Assembly (NCBI GenBank): GCA_045566075.1
Contig: JBJLEE010000005.1
Coordinates: forward strand, 1-64,000
Length of the DNA stretch: 64,000 nt
From: Pirellulaceae bacterium
Lineage (GTDB): Bacteria; Planctomycetota; Planctomycetia; Pirellulales; Pirellulaceae
Direction of reading: 5' to 3'
Shown here: piece by piece, positions 9,199-18,300 of the stretch
Layout of the letters: each line of letters opens with the position of its first letter
Numbering within the stretch: position 1 is the first letter of the stretch
Translations under genes and position numbers: made by a program
The notes under the pieces: generated by a model
Seen by the model: the letters and a program-made list of their open reading frames with translations, nothing else
Databases searched by the model: none
What the model was told of the DNA's origin: nothing

Positions 9199-11433
9199 AT
9201 GTCTGACGACTCTATGCGGGAATTTACAGACGAACCATCAGACCGAGAGCTCCGCATCAGCGAGTTACTGGCGCAATATCTGCGCGACCGTGATGAAGGT
9301 GAGTCCGACGACGAGGAGAAATTCCTTGCAGCAAATGAAGAGTTTGCGGACGATCTGCGAATGCTGCTTGACATGGGTCGCATCATCGAAGATATGGCGG
9401 GCCCGCTGGTAGAAAAAGACTCTGTGTACGACGAACAGGTCATGGAACTGTCCTCATCTAATCCGGCCACCGATGATTTAGATGATGATTCTCCATCTGC
9501 AACGGGTATCGATACTGGGACCGTGGTGTCCATGTCAGCGCGTGATCCGAATCAATCTGGTTCATTACCGGGAAAGGAACCAGCTGAACCTGAAGGTTAT
9601 CAATTTGGCGAATACGAGCTGCTCGAAGTGATTGGGCAGGGCGGAATGGGTATTGTTTACAAGGCAAGGCAACGCAATCTAGACCGCATGGTTGCCGTAA
9701 AGATGATCCGTGTTGGGAGCCTAGCACTTGATGATGAGATCAGCCGTTTCTACAGCGAAGCTCAGAAAGCTGGCAGAGCGGTACACCCCAATCTTATTTC
9801 GGTGTACGAGATTGGCGAACTGGACGACCGACACTACTATGCAATGCAATTCGTTGATGGCACAGATCTTGCAGAGTTGTTGCGACATGACAGAATCTCA
9901 AATAATCGCATCGCTGAAATACTCCGAGACGTATCCGAAGGCATGCATGCTGCTCATACACATGGTGTACTGCATCGAGACTTGAAACCGGCCAATGTTT
10001 TAGTACGCTTTTCCGATGGGTCAGCACTGGTCACTGATTTCGGACTGGCGAGGCAGGTTACAAACCCGGAGAATCTTACTCGTCCGGGTGACACGGTCGG
10101 TACTCCGAGTTACATGTCGCCAGAACAAGCGTCAGCTAAGACAGACGCCCTTTGTGCGGCTAGTGATGTGTATTCCATCGGTGCAATTCTCTACGAGATG
10201 CTATGCGGACGGCCTCCATTTCATGCAGAGTCCGCGGCCAGTACCGTGATGGAGGTGCTCAATCTCGATCCAACACCGCCGAGTCAATTACGGAGTAAGG
10301 TCAGCCCGGAACTAGAGGCCGTTTGTCTTAAGTGTCTCGCAAAAAATCCGGCGGACAGATATCAAACGGCAGAGGAATTGGCTGCGGAATTTAGCAGATT
10401 TCTGTCCGGTGCGCCTGTTCTGGCGGAATTGCCAAACAAGATGCTTCAGGGCCTTCGCTGGTTCAGAAATGTCCCGGCGATCGGGCGTATTACTGGAAAT
10501 ACAATGATTCGGCCCAAGTCAGCTCATCGTGTGGTCAATCATTGTTTGTGGGTCATACCTCTGCTGGTGATGCTTGGGATATTTGGCTGGGGCATTGTTA
10601 GGAATACTCTGGTACCTGCAGAGATCATGCTTGCGTCCGGTCAGCGTCATCATTTCTATCACGAGGTAGGCGAGAGCTTGCATCGTGCCGTCGCTCTCAG
10701 AGATGCCCGTGATCTGATAGTACGAAACACGGCAGGATCTCAGGAAAACGTCAATCTGGTGGTAGACGGTTCGGCACATCTGGCAATTGCCCAATGGGAG
10801 ACAATTCCCCAAACGGAAGAAATCGCCATTGTAGCGCCGTTGTTTCTTGATAAGGTCCACTTTGTGGTAAAGCAGGGTAGTGACATACGGTCGCTGGAGG
10901 ATCTCGAAGGCAGAAATGTATCACTTGGACTACCGAATTCCGGAATGCGCCTCACTTCAGAGAGGATTTTGAGAGTATGCGGAGTGGATACTTCAACGAT
11001 CGGCGAGAAGGACAGGTCCTTTGAGGATTTGCTAACGTTTCCACAAATGGAAGCGGCCATTATCACGACAAGCAGTTCGAACCCGGTGTTACATGGTTTA
11101 TTGGCCGATACACGTTTTCAGTTGATAACATTTTCACTGGAACAAATCGAAAAGCTACTGCAAACGGGCTACCGTCGAGATCGATTGATATCGAGGGACT
11201 TCCCCGATTCGGTTGGTCCCACGGGAATCCCAACCATTTCAACGATGGCATTTCTCATCACGCGAGTCAACAGCTCAGATGCGCTTGTAGAATCGACCTT
11301 GCATGCGTTGTATGACGAAATCGACAATCAGTCAGTAGCCAGTAAACTCGGATTAATAAAGCGTTCATTAGCGCGAGAGTTTTCTGTAAGATTTCACCCA
11401 TCGGCGGCACGCTTTTACTTGATAGCGGAATAA
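9199..11433 (+). CDS. Ser/Thr protein kinase, 744 aa. It has an N-terminal acidic domain of about 130 aa, a kinase core, a transmembrane segment and a C-terminal periplasmic solute-binding-protein-like domain
   Basis: Gly-loop IGQGGMGIVYKA, VAVK lysine, HRDLKPANVLV, DFGLAR and GTPSYMSPEQ. Hydrophobic stretch VVNHCLWVIPLLVMLGIFGWGIV. C-terminal IAIVAPLFLDKVHFVVKQGSDIRSLEDLEGRNVSLGLPNSGMRLTSERIL resembles TAXI/PhnD-type binding proteins. An SD-like GAGGGA lies before the ATG. Confidence 0.85.
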   Translation: MSDDSMREFTDEPSDRELRISELLAQYLRDRDEGESDDEEKFLAANEEFADDLRMLLDMGRIIEDMAGPLVEKDSVYDEQVMELSSSNPATDDLDDDSPSATGIDTGTVVSMSARDPNQSGSLPGKEPAEPEGYQFGEYELLEVIGQGGMGIVYKARQRNLDRMVAVKMIRVGSLALDDEISRFYSEAQKAGRAVHPNLISVYEIGELDDRHYYAMQFVDGTDLAELLRHDRISNNRIAEILRDVSEGMHAAHTHGVLHRDLKPANVLVRFSDGSALVTDFGLARQVTNPENLTRPGDTVGTPSYMSPEQASAKTDALCAASDVYSIGAILYEMLCGRPPFHAESAASTVMEVLNLDPTPPSQLRSKVSPELEAVCLKCLAKNPADRYQTAEELAAEFSRFLSGAPVLAELPNKMLQGLRWFRNVPAIGRITGNTMIRPKSAHRVVNHCLWVIPLLVMLGIFGWGIVRNTLVPAEIMLASGQRHHFYHEVGESLHRAVALRDARDLIVRNTAGSQENVNLVVDGSAHLAIAQWETIPQTEEIAIVAPLFLDKVHFVVKQGSDIRSLEDLEGRNVSLGLPNSGMRLTSERILRVCGVDTSTIGEKDRSFEDLLTFPQMEAAIITTSSSNPVLHGLLADTRFQLITFSLEQIEKLLQTGYRRDRLISRDFPDSVGPTGIPTISTMAFLITRVNSSDALVESTLHALYDEIDNQSVASKLGLIKRSLAREFSVRFHPSAARFYLIAE

Positions 11434-11483
11434 ATTGTCGGCTTTTTATTCAATATTCTTTACTCAACGGCGAATAGCACGAT

Positions 11484-12167
11484 ATGGATCAGAATCAAAT
11501 TGATGATGTCTTGAAGCGAACGCTTAGTGATTTCCGGGTTTCCCGGGGTGAACGAAAGCTGCTTGAAGGGCTAATTCGACAATATGGCGACGCAGATCAT
11601 CAGATTGGAGTTTTGCGAAGCCGGGCGTTTGATGTGGCACGGGGTGAGACAACCGACCCACAAACGCTTCAATTGATCGATTGGCTTGAGGATGTCGTTA
11701 AGGTGTTTCAGATTCGTGACCAATCAGCGTTACCTGATGTGGAGGCTTATTTCAGCCCTGGAAGTGAGTGCTTAAATGCCATTCGCCGCCAGTTTGAAAA
11801 GGCCAGACATTCGGCAGACGTGTGTGTGTTCACGATCACAGACAACCGAATTTCGGATGCTATTCGTGACGCGCATGCAAGAGGGGTCAAGATCCGTGTT
11901 ATTAGTGATAATGACAAATCTCACGATGAGGGATCTGATATCCAACGTCTTGAGAACCTCGGCATTGCTGTAAGAGTAGATCACACGAATTATCACATGC
12001 ATCACAAGTATGCGGTTTTCGATGAGAAAACAACTCTCACTGGCAGTTATAACTGGACGCGTAGTGCAGCCGAGTACAACGAGGAAAACATCGTTATCAC
12101 CGCTGACAGCAGGATCACCAGGCAGTTTCTCAATGAGTTTGAGAAATTGTGGAAGTCCCTCTCTTAA
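11484..12167 (+). CDS. Phospholipase D-family (single HKD, Nuc-like) nuclease or phosphodiesterase with an N-terminal extension of about 90 aa of unknown function
   Basis: Exact HxK(x)4D(x)6GSxN motif: H-H-K-YAVF-D-EKTTLT-GSYN, at about nt 12000-12050. The protein is 227 aa. Confidence 0.8.
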   Translation: MDQNQIDDVLKRTLSDFRVSRGERKLLEGLIRQYGDADHQIGVLRSRAFDVARGETTDPQTLQLIDWLEDVVKVFQIRDQSALPDVEAYFSPGSECLNAIRRQFEKARHSADVCVFTITDNRISDAIRDAHARGVKIRVISDNDKSHDEGSDIQRLENLGIAVRVDHTNYHMHHKYAVFDEKTTLTGSYNWTRSAAEYNEENIVITADSRITRQFLNEFEKLWKSLS

Positions 12168-12270
12168 GCACGTCATTGCTGAATTTCAGCCGATCATGCG
12201 GATTGGTTACGTGGTCTCAGGCACTGCCTGAGCTCCCATGCGGGTGAAATAACCCTCACAACCAGTATGA

Positions 12271-12297
12271 CTGGAAAAGGAATCTTATCTTTTCCAG
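12271..12297 (+). promoter_or_regulatory. Perfect 9-bp inverted repeat with a 9-nt loop (ctggaaaag-gaatcttat-cttttccag) in the 210-bp gap between the PLD-like gene and the NfeD-like gene
   Basis: Read directly. There is no U-tract after it, so it is more likely an operator or RNA structure than an intrinsic terminator. Confidence 0.5.
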
Positions 12298-12377
12298 ACT
12301 TTGTAGCTTGCTATGAATCGGATTTTCCGACTGATTGCGTGGGGTAATTCATACTAAATGAGGAAATTAGGAACCTT

Positions 12378-13046
12378 ATGGACGCACTAACCCAATTTGC
12401 AGAAACAGCTCTTAGCGGTGAATTGATCCCGGCTACGTCGGTGATTCTATTCATTCTCGCTTACTGGCTGTTTTCACTCGTCAGCGGAATCGGATTCGAT
12501 GCAATCGATTTTGATTTTGGCGTAGACGCTGAATTGGATGCTGGCGACATGTTTATGGGGATCGGCCTGATGCCACTTCGTTGGCTTAATTTGGGTGCGA
12601 TTCCTGTAATGCTTTGGTTGACTATTTTTGGAATCTTTTGGTTTATCGTTTCTTATGTCATGCGTATGGGATTCGAGCATTACACAGATACGTCGACGAA
12701 TTGGGACGTAACACTGCTGAGTTTGCGAAACGCGGCCTTTGCACTGTTACCGACGAAATTTCTGACTAATCCAATGCGGGACTGGTTCAGAATTGACGAG
12801 TTTGATCCGAATTCTTTCGTTGATTTGACAGGTATGACACGTATACCTATGACACCATCGAAAGTTGGACGCGTATCGGTACGACAACCAAAAGACAATT
12901 CGGATGTAATCCTCAGGGCGGTTACGGCTGAAGGTGAGATTAAATCACGCCAGCCTGTGCTGATTGTGGGTTACGACAAATCACGTGGAGTTCATATTGT
13001 CGTTGAGTCGAGTGAAAACCGAGACACAGCGACGGATGTTTCATAA
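12378..13046 (+). CDS. NfeD-like (YqiJ/YuaF-type) membrane protein, the usual partner of flotillin
   Basis: N-terminal hydrophobic helices LFILAYWLFSLVSGIGF and IPVMLWLTIFGIFWFIVSYVM. C-terminal beta-rich segment GRVSVRQP...VILRAVTAEGEIKSRQPVLIVGYDKSRGVHIVVES resembles the NfeD OB-fold. The stop lies 8 nt before the flotillin start. Confidence 0.55.
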   Translation: MDALTQFAETALSGELIPATSVILFILAYWLFSLVSGIGFDAIDFDFGVDAELDAGDMFMGIGLMPLRWLNLGAIPVMLWLTIFGIFWFIVSYVMRMGFEHYTDTSTNWDVTLLSLRNAAFALLPTKFLTNPMRDWFRIDEFDPNSFVDLTGMTRIPMTPSKVGRVSVRQPKDNSDVILRAVTAEGEIKSRQPVLIVGYDKSRGVHIVVESSENRDTATDVS

Positions 13047-13054
13047 ATCGTAAT

Positions 13055-15229
13055 ATGGGGTTTAGTACGATGTTTACATCAAGCCTGTTTGCTAATCTGG
13101 TTGATACGTTAACCAGTATTGGTATTGGAATTGGAGCAGTGTTCCTTTTCCTGATCATTCTGGTAGCGATTTTTTCGCGATTCTATGTCAAGGTGGGACC
13201 AGAACGTGCGGTAATTCGTACAGGATTCGGCGGTATCAAAGAAGCCGTTGGAAAAGGTATGATCGTGATTCCTGTCTTCCACAAGAAGGAATTCATGGAT
13301 ATGTCCGTCAAGCGTATTGAGATTAAGCGCTCAAACGAAGACGGTCTAATCTGTCGCGATAACATCCGTGCTGATATTGAAGTTGCATTCTATGTGCGTG
13401 TTTCAGAAAGTGGCGTGAAAGACGTTGCTAAGAAACTCGGTGCTGCCCGTGCTTCAGATCGCAACGCTCTTATTGAGTTGTTCGACGCTCAGTTTTCAGA
13501 AGCACTTAAGACCATCGGTAAACAATTTGATTTCGTAGAACTGTATACCGAACGTGATCGCTTCAAAGTTGAGATCATGAACATTATCGGTTCGGATACG
13601 GAAGATTTGCAAGGCTATGAAATGGTCAGCGTTGCAATCGATTACCTTGAACAAACACCGCTCGAGATGCTAAACCCCAACAACATCCTCGATGCGGAAG
13701 GTATCAAGAAGATCACCGACCTTACTAGCCGTGAGGCAATTCGCTCAAACGACATTGCACGAGAAAAAGAAAAAGCAATTACAAAGCAGGACGTCGAAGC
13801 ACGAGAAGCCATTCTCGCACTTGAGCGTCAACAGGTTGAAGCGGAAGAACGCCAAAAGCGTGAAATCGCCGAAGTCACTGCACGCGAAGTTGCTCAGGGA
13901 GAAGTCGTTGAACACGAAGAACTCCTGCGTTCAGAAAATGCACGACTTGCTACTGAAGAAGAAGTTGCTGTTCGTGAAGAAAACAAACTACGACAGATCA
14001 TTGTTGCTGCCAAGAACAAGGAACGTACCGATGCGGTCGAAACAGAACGCGTTGAACGGGACCGCGGCTTGGAATCAACTGAACGCGAACGAGTGGTTTC
14101 TCTGGCTGATATCAACAAAGACAAAGAGATCGAGGTTGAGAAACGAAATATCCAGGAAGTAATTCGCGAACGTGTGATCGTTGAAAGAACGGTCGTGGAA
14201 GAACAAGAAAATATCCGTGACGTTGAAGAATTCAAACGGGCAGATCGTGATAAGCGAGTTGCGATTACCAACGCAGAACGCGATGCAGAAGAAGCTTTGG
14301 TTAAGGACGTGAAAGCGGCGGAAGCAGAGAAGAAAGCTGCTATCTTTACCGCTGATCAGGTTGTAACTCTCGCTGAAGCAGATCGTCAAAAAGCTGAAAA
14401 AGAAACGCAGGCTACCAAGATGCTTGCTGAAGCAAAGCAAGCCGACGTGGCAGCTGATGGTTTGGCAGAAGCACAGGTCCAGGAAGCTAAAGCAACCGCC
14501 CTTGAAAAAGAGGGCTTTGCAGAAGCAGCCGTTGTACAACGTACAGCCGAAGCCGAAGCAAAAGGATTGGAAGCCAAGGCTGTTGGTGTCGAAAAACACG
14601 GTACAGCTGAAGCAGAAGTCATGCGTCTTAAGTACTCAAGTGAAGCGAATGGTATCGAAGAGAAAGCTGGTGCGATGAAACTCTTCGATGCAGTTGGCAA
14701 AGAACACGAAGAGTTCAAGCTGCGACTCAACAAAGATCTCGAAATCGAACGAGCTGCAATCGATGCTCAACGTCAGATTGCAGAAGCCCAGTCGAATATC
14801 GTTGGCGAGGCTCTTAAGTCCGCCCGTATCGATATCGTCGGTGGCGAAACCACATTCTTCGATAAGATCGTTGATTCGGTCAAGGGTGGTAAGGCCGTTG
14901 ATAGATTCGTCTACAACAGTCAGGTTGCTACCGATATCAAGGACACGTTCTTTAATGGCGATCCGGAATACTTTCAGACTCGAATTCTAGAACTTACGGA
15001 TACGTTCAACCTAAGCACAGACGACGTGAAGGATCTCTCCATCGCTGCTTTGATAGCCAAAATGCTTGGCCTGACGAGCAACAACTCGATGCGGGAAGAA
15101 CTGCAACGAATGCTCGGATTAGCGCACACCTCTGGTGTAGCTGATAACAAGGCTTCGTCTGTTATCCGAACGGTCACAGCTGCCTCGGCTCCAACCAAGC
15201 CGGCTGCTGATGAAAGCTCGGACAGCTAA
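13055..15229 (+). CDS. Flotillin-like SPFH/band-7 protein (FloT/YqiK family), unusually long at 724 aa
   Basis: N-terminal TM IGIGIGAVFLFLIILVAIF. SPFH core ERAVIRTGFGGIKEAVGKGMIVIPVFHKKEFMDMSVKRIEIKR...DNIRADIEVAFYVRV. A long Glu/Ala/Lys-rich coiled coil (AEAEKKAAIF...EAKATALEKEGFAEAAVVQRTAEAEAKGLEAKAVGVEKHGTAEAE) is typical of flotillins. Confidence 0.85.
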   Translation: MGFSTMFTSSLFANLVDTLTSIGIGIGAVFLFLIILVAIFSRFYVKVGPERAVIRTGFGGIKEAVGKGMIVIPVFHKKEFMDMSVKRIEIKRSNEDGLICRDNIRADIEVAFYVRVSESGVKDVAKKLGAARASDRNALIELFDAQFSEALKTIGKQFDFVELYTERDRFKVEIMNIIGSDTEDLQGYEMVSVAIDYLEQTPLEMLNPNNILDAEGIKKITDLTSREAIRSNDIAREKEKAITKQDVEAREAILALERQQVEAEERQKREIAEVTAREVAQGEVVEHEELLRSENARLATEEEVAVREENKLRQIIVAAKNKERTDAVETERVERDRGLESTERERVVSLADINKDKEIEVEKRNIQEVIRERVIVERTVVEEQENIRDVEEFKRADRDKRVAITNAERDAEEALVKDVKAAEAEKKAAIFTADQVVTLAEADRQKAEKETQATKMLAEAKQADVAADGLAEAQVQEAKATALEKEGFAEAAVVQRTAEAEAKGLEAKAVGVEKHGTAEAEVMRLKYSSEANGIEEKAGAMKLFDAVGKEHEEFKLRLNKDLEIERAAIDAQRQIAEAQSNIVGEALKSARIDIVGGETTFFDKIVDSVKGGKAVDRFVYNSQVATDIKDTFFNGDPEYFQTRILELTDTFNLSTDDVKDLSIAALIAKMLGLTSNNSMREELQRMLGLAHTSGVADNKASSVIRTVTAASAPTKPAADESSDS

Positions 15230-15357
15230 TTAGAACTTGTAACGAATCGTCGAGCCTGGTGGTGCAAACGGCCAGGCTTCGACGTGGTTACCAGCTCTGG
15301 TAGTAGTAGCCCGGGGCTGGTTATTGTCTCAAACACGTTGGTGAAAGAACGGTCTCG

Positions 15358-18300
15358 ATGTCACAAGCAGATCTCGACCAAACACCTGAACAACAGCCGG
15401 ATGGCGAACCGCAATCCCAGCAATTGGAGAGCGGAACGTACGAAATCATTCGAAATCGGCTGGCCAATCATGCATCTGACCTACGTGATCGACTCAGTAA
15501 GCTTAACGCTTCCCGTAAAGACGTGTTTGGTGCAATTGAAACGACTCTAAAGGGAACCGACCGGGTAACCACAGAGCACAATTGTACACCCCGGGATATG
15601 ATCGCCATCGGCGAGCATTTTATCTTTGGGTACAACATCCATTTTGGGCTCAAAGCAACGATCCATCCGGACGATGTGTTTGCTACGTACAAGTTCGACG
15701 GTGAGCACTTTCAGGCCATCGAGTCGGAATTCTCACAAGACCCGCAGTTTCAACGTGACTTTGCAGAGATATACAAATACTACAAGAATGCAGAGTTTGC
15801 CAAATTCTTCGTAATCGGCCCCTTCCTTTATATGGCCTTCCAAGTGGGGAAGAGTGTCACCGAGCTGAAAAGTTTAAAATGGCGAATCGAAAGCGACTCA
15901 CTGGTCTACGTCGACAACCGAAGTGATCATGAAGTTCGATTTCCTGATCAACACGACTTCAGTTGGAAACGTGTGTCACGCGACCTGTTTGTAGAAGGTG
16001 CACACCCCCACGTCTCGATCGAAGATCACGTCTTCGTGGAGACGATAGGTGGGGATTTGACGATCAAAGTTGAAAACAACACCTCTGACGGAGTGGGGCT
16101 ATATTCAGAACCTGTTCAGAACGCCGACCAAACGCTTGATGATTCAGAGATTTACTATGCAATCGTTGGCAGCCTGGTATTACTCAAGATTAAACCGTAC
16201 CAGGAAGATGCGTATCGCTACTTTATCTTTAACGAGAAAGTGCAATCGGTTTATCGTGTTGATTCATTAGAAACAAGCTGTGTTTTGTTGCCCGATGATC
16301 ACGGCGTCATTTTTTCCAATGGGTATTCTCTGGTCACCGGAGAACATAAGACTTTTGATACCGATTTGCAGGGAATGCTGTTTGATAGTCGACTAGAAGC
16401 ATCAAATGGCGAAGACTTCCTGTACGTGTTCTACAATCCCGAATCCGGTGTGTATGTTCAACTGAGATATAACCTGATTAATCAGGAAGTAGACACACCA
16501 GTGATTTGCCATGGTGCGGCATTTTTCCCGGCCGGCGAAATGATCTGCTTCAGGGCGGAACCCGATGCCCAAAAACATCACACGCTTCAGATCTGGCAAA
16601 CCCCGTACGTGGAAGACGGACTCGGCCCGGAATCTCAATCCGACTCTTTTCTGTTTAAGATCGGTAACAAAGAAATCGTTCGCGGAATGGCTGAATGTCA
16701 TGAGGTCATTGGCCTGATCGAGAAGGATGATACGTACGCAGACCTCTATGTCGACCTGGTGAAGAAGTCTGGTGATATTGTTGATAGTTACTTTTGGGCG
16801 TCTGACGACCAATGTGCGAATCTCTCAGCACCGCTTGCAGAAATTCGTATTGCTGCTGAATCCGCAATAGATGAATTTGAGAAGGTCGTCCGTGTTAAGC
16901 AAAACACCGTCAAGCAATCTGCCGAAATAGAACAGCGATCGGCCGAAGTGCTGCGTGAAGCCAAGAACAAGCGATTCGATAATATCGATGACTTCGTTAA
17001 GTCGCTTGCCGAAATGCGTACAGTTCGGGGTGAGATCATTTCACTAAAAGAACTGCGCTACATCAATATGGAATTGGTGGAGCGACTTGGTGAAGAGATC
17101 GCCGAAGCCAGTGATCGTCTGGCTACGCGTTGCGTGGAGTTTCTTCTAAGAGATGATGCCCTGGCGCCGTATGAAACTCGCATTAAGGAGCAAACAGCCT
17201 CCATAGACGGCCTCAAGAAAGTGACAGATGCGCGTGATCTCGAAGAAGACATTGCCGATGGTGCTGGCGAGTTGGAAATGCTGATCGATATTGTCAGTAA
17301 TCTAAACATCGAAGATGCGACACATCGAACTCAGATCATCGATAACATTTCCGCCATCTTTGGCCAGGTGAATACCGCCCGTGCCACGCTAAAGACGAAG
17401 ATCAAAGACTTGATGAGCGTTGAAGGCGTGGCCGAATTTAATTCGCAAATGAAGCTGCTCAACCAGGCGGTCGTGAATTATCTAGATATATGCGATACAC
17501 CGGACAAGTGTGAAGAATTCCTCACCAAAGTAATGATTCAGCTTGAAGAGTTGGAAGGCCGCTTCGCTGAATTTGATGAATTCGTTGTGCAATTGACGGA
17601 TAAACGTGAGGAAATCTATAACGCGTTTGAAACACGAAAGCTGTCACTGATTGAAGCACGCAATAAACGTGCAGAAGCTCTAAGCCGGGCAGCGGACCGA
17701 ATCCTTGGTGGTATTAAGTCGCGGATTGATAGTCTTGAATCAGTAAACGACATCAATGCGTATTTCGCTTCAGACTTAATGATCGAAAAAATCCGTGATT
17801 TAGTCGATCAGCTTAAGGATCTGGAGGATACGGTCAAAGTTGATGATATTCAAAGTCGTCTAAAGTCAATTCGCGAAGATGCAGTTCGACAACTCAAAGA
17901 TCGAAAAGAGTTGTTCGTTGACGGCGAGAATGTCATTAAGTTTGGCAAACACCATTTCTCCGTGAATGTTCAGGCATTGGATCTCACGACAGTCATGCGT
18001 GACGACGATATGTATTTGCATCTGACGGGTACGAATTTCTTCGAACGACTTGTTGATGAGACGCTCGACTCAACGCGGGATGTATGGGACCAGGAGGTCA
18101 TATCAGAAAACCGCGATGTTTATCGGGCTGAATATCTTGCATCAAAGATGTTTAACCATTTGTCTCAGTCTGCTGAGATGTCCAAGTCAGGTTACGGACG
18201 GCTTGCCGAAGATGAACGCCTGTCTGCACTGCAGAAATTTATGGGGCCGCGGTATACAGAAGCCTATGCAAAAGGTGTTCACGATCTCGATGCTGAGAAG

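Noticed and set aside
13692-14733. Overlapping ORFs (13692-14162 +, 13894-14271 -, 14075-14599 -, 14386-14733 -, 14424-14678 +) within the flotillin gene
   Set aside because: They coincide with the GAA/GCA-rich coiled-coil coding region. Alternate frames translate to K/R/S-rich low-complexity strings. No independent support.
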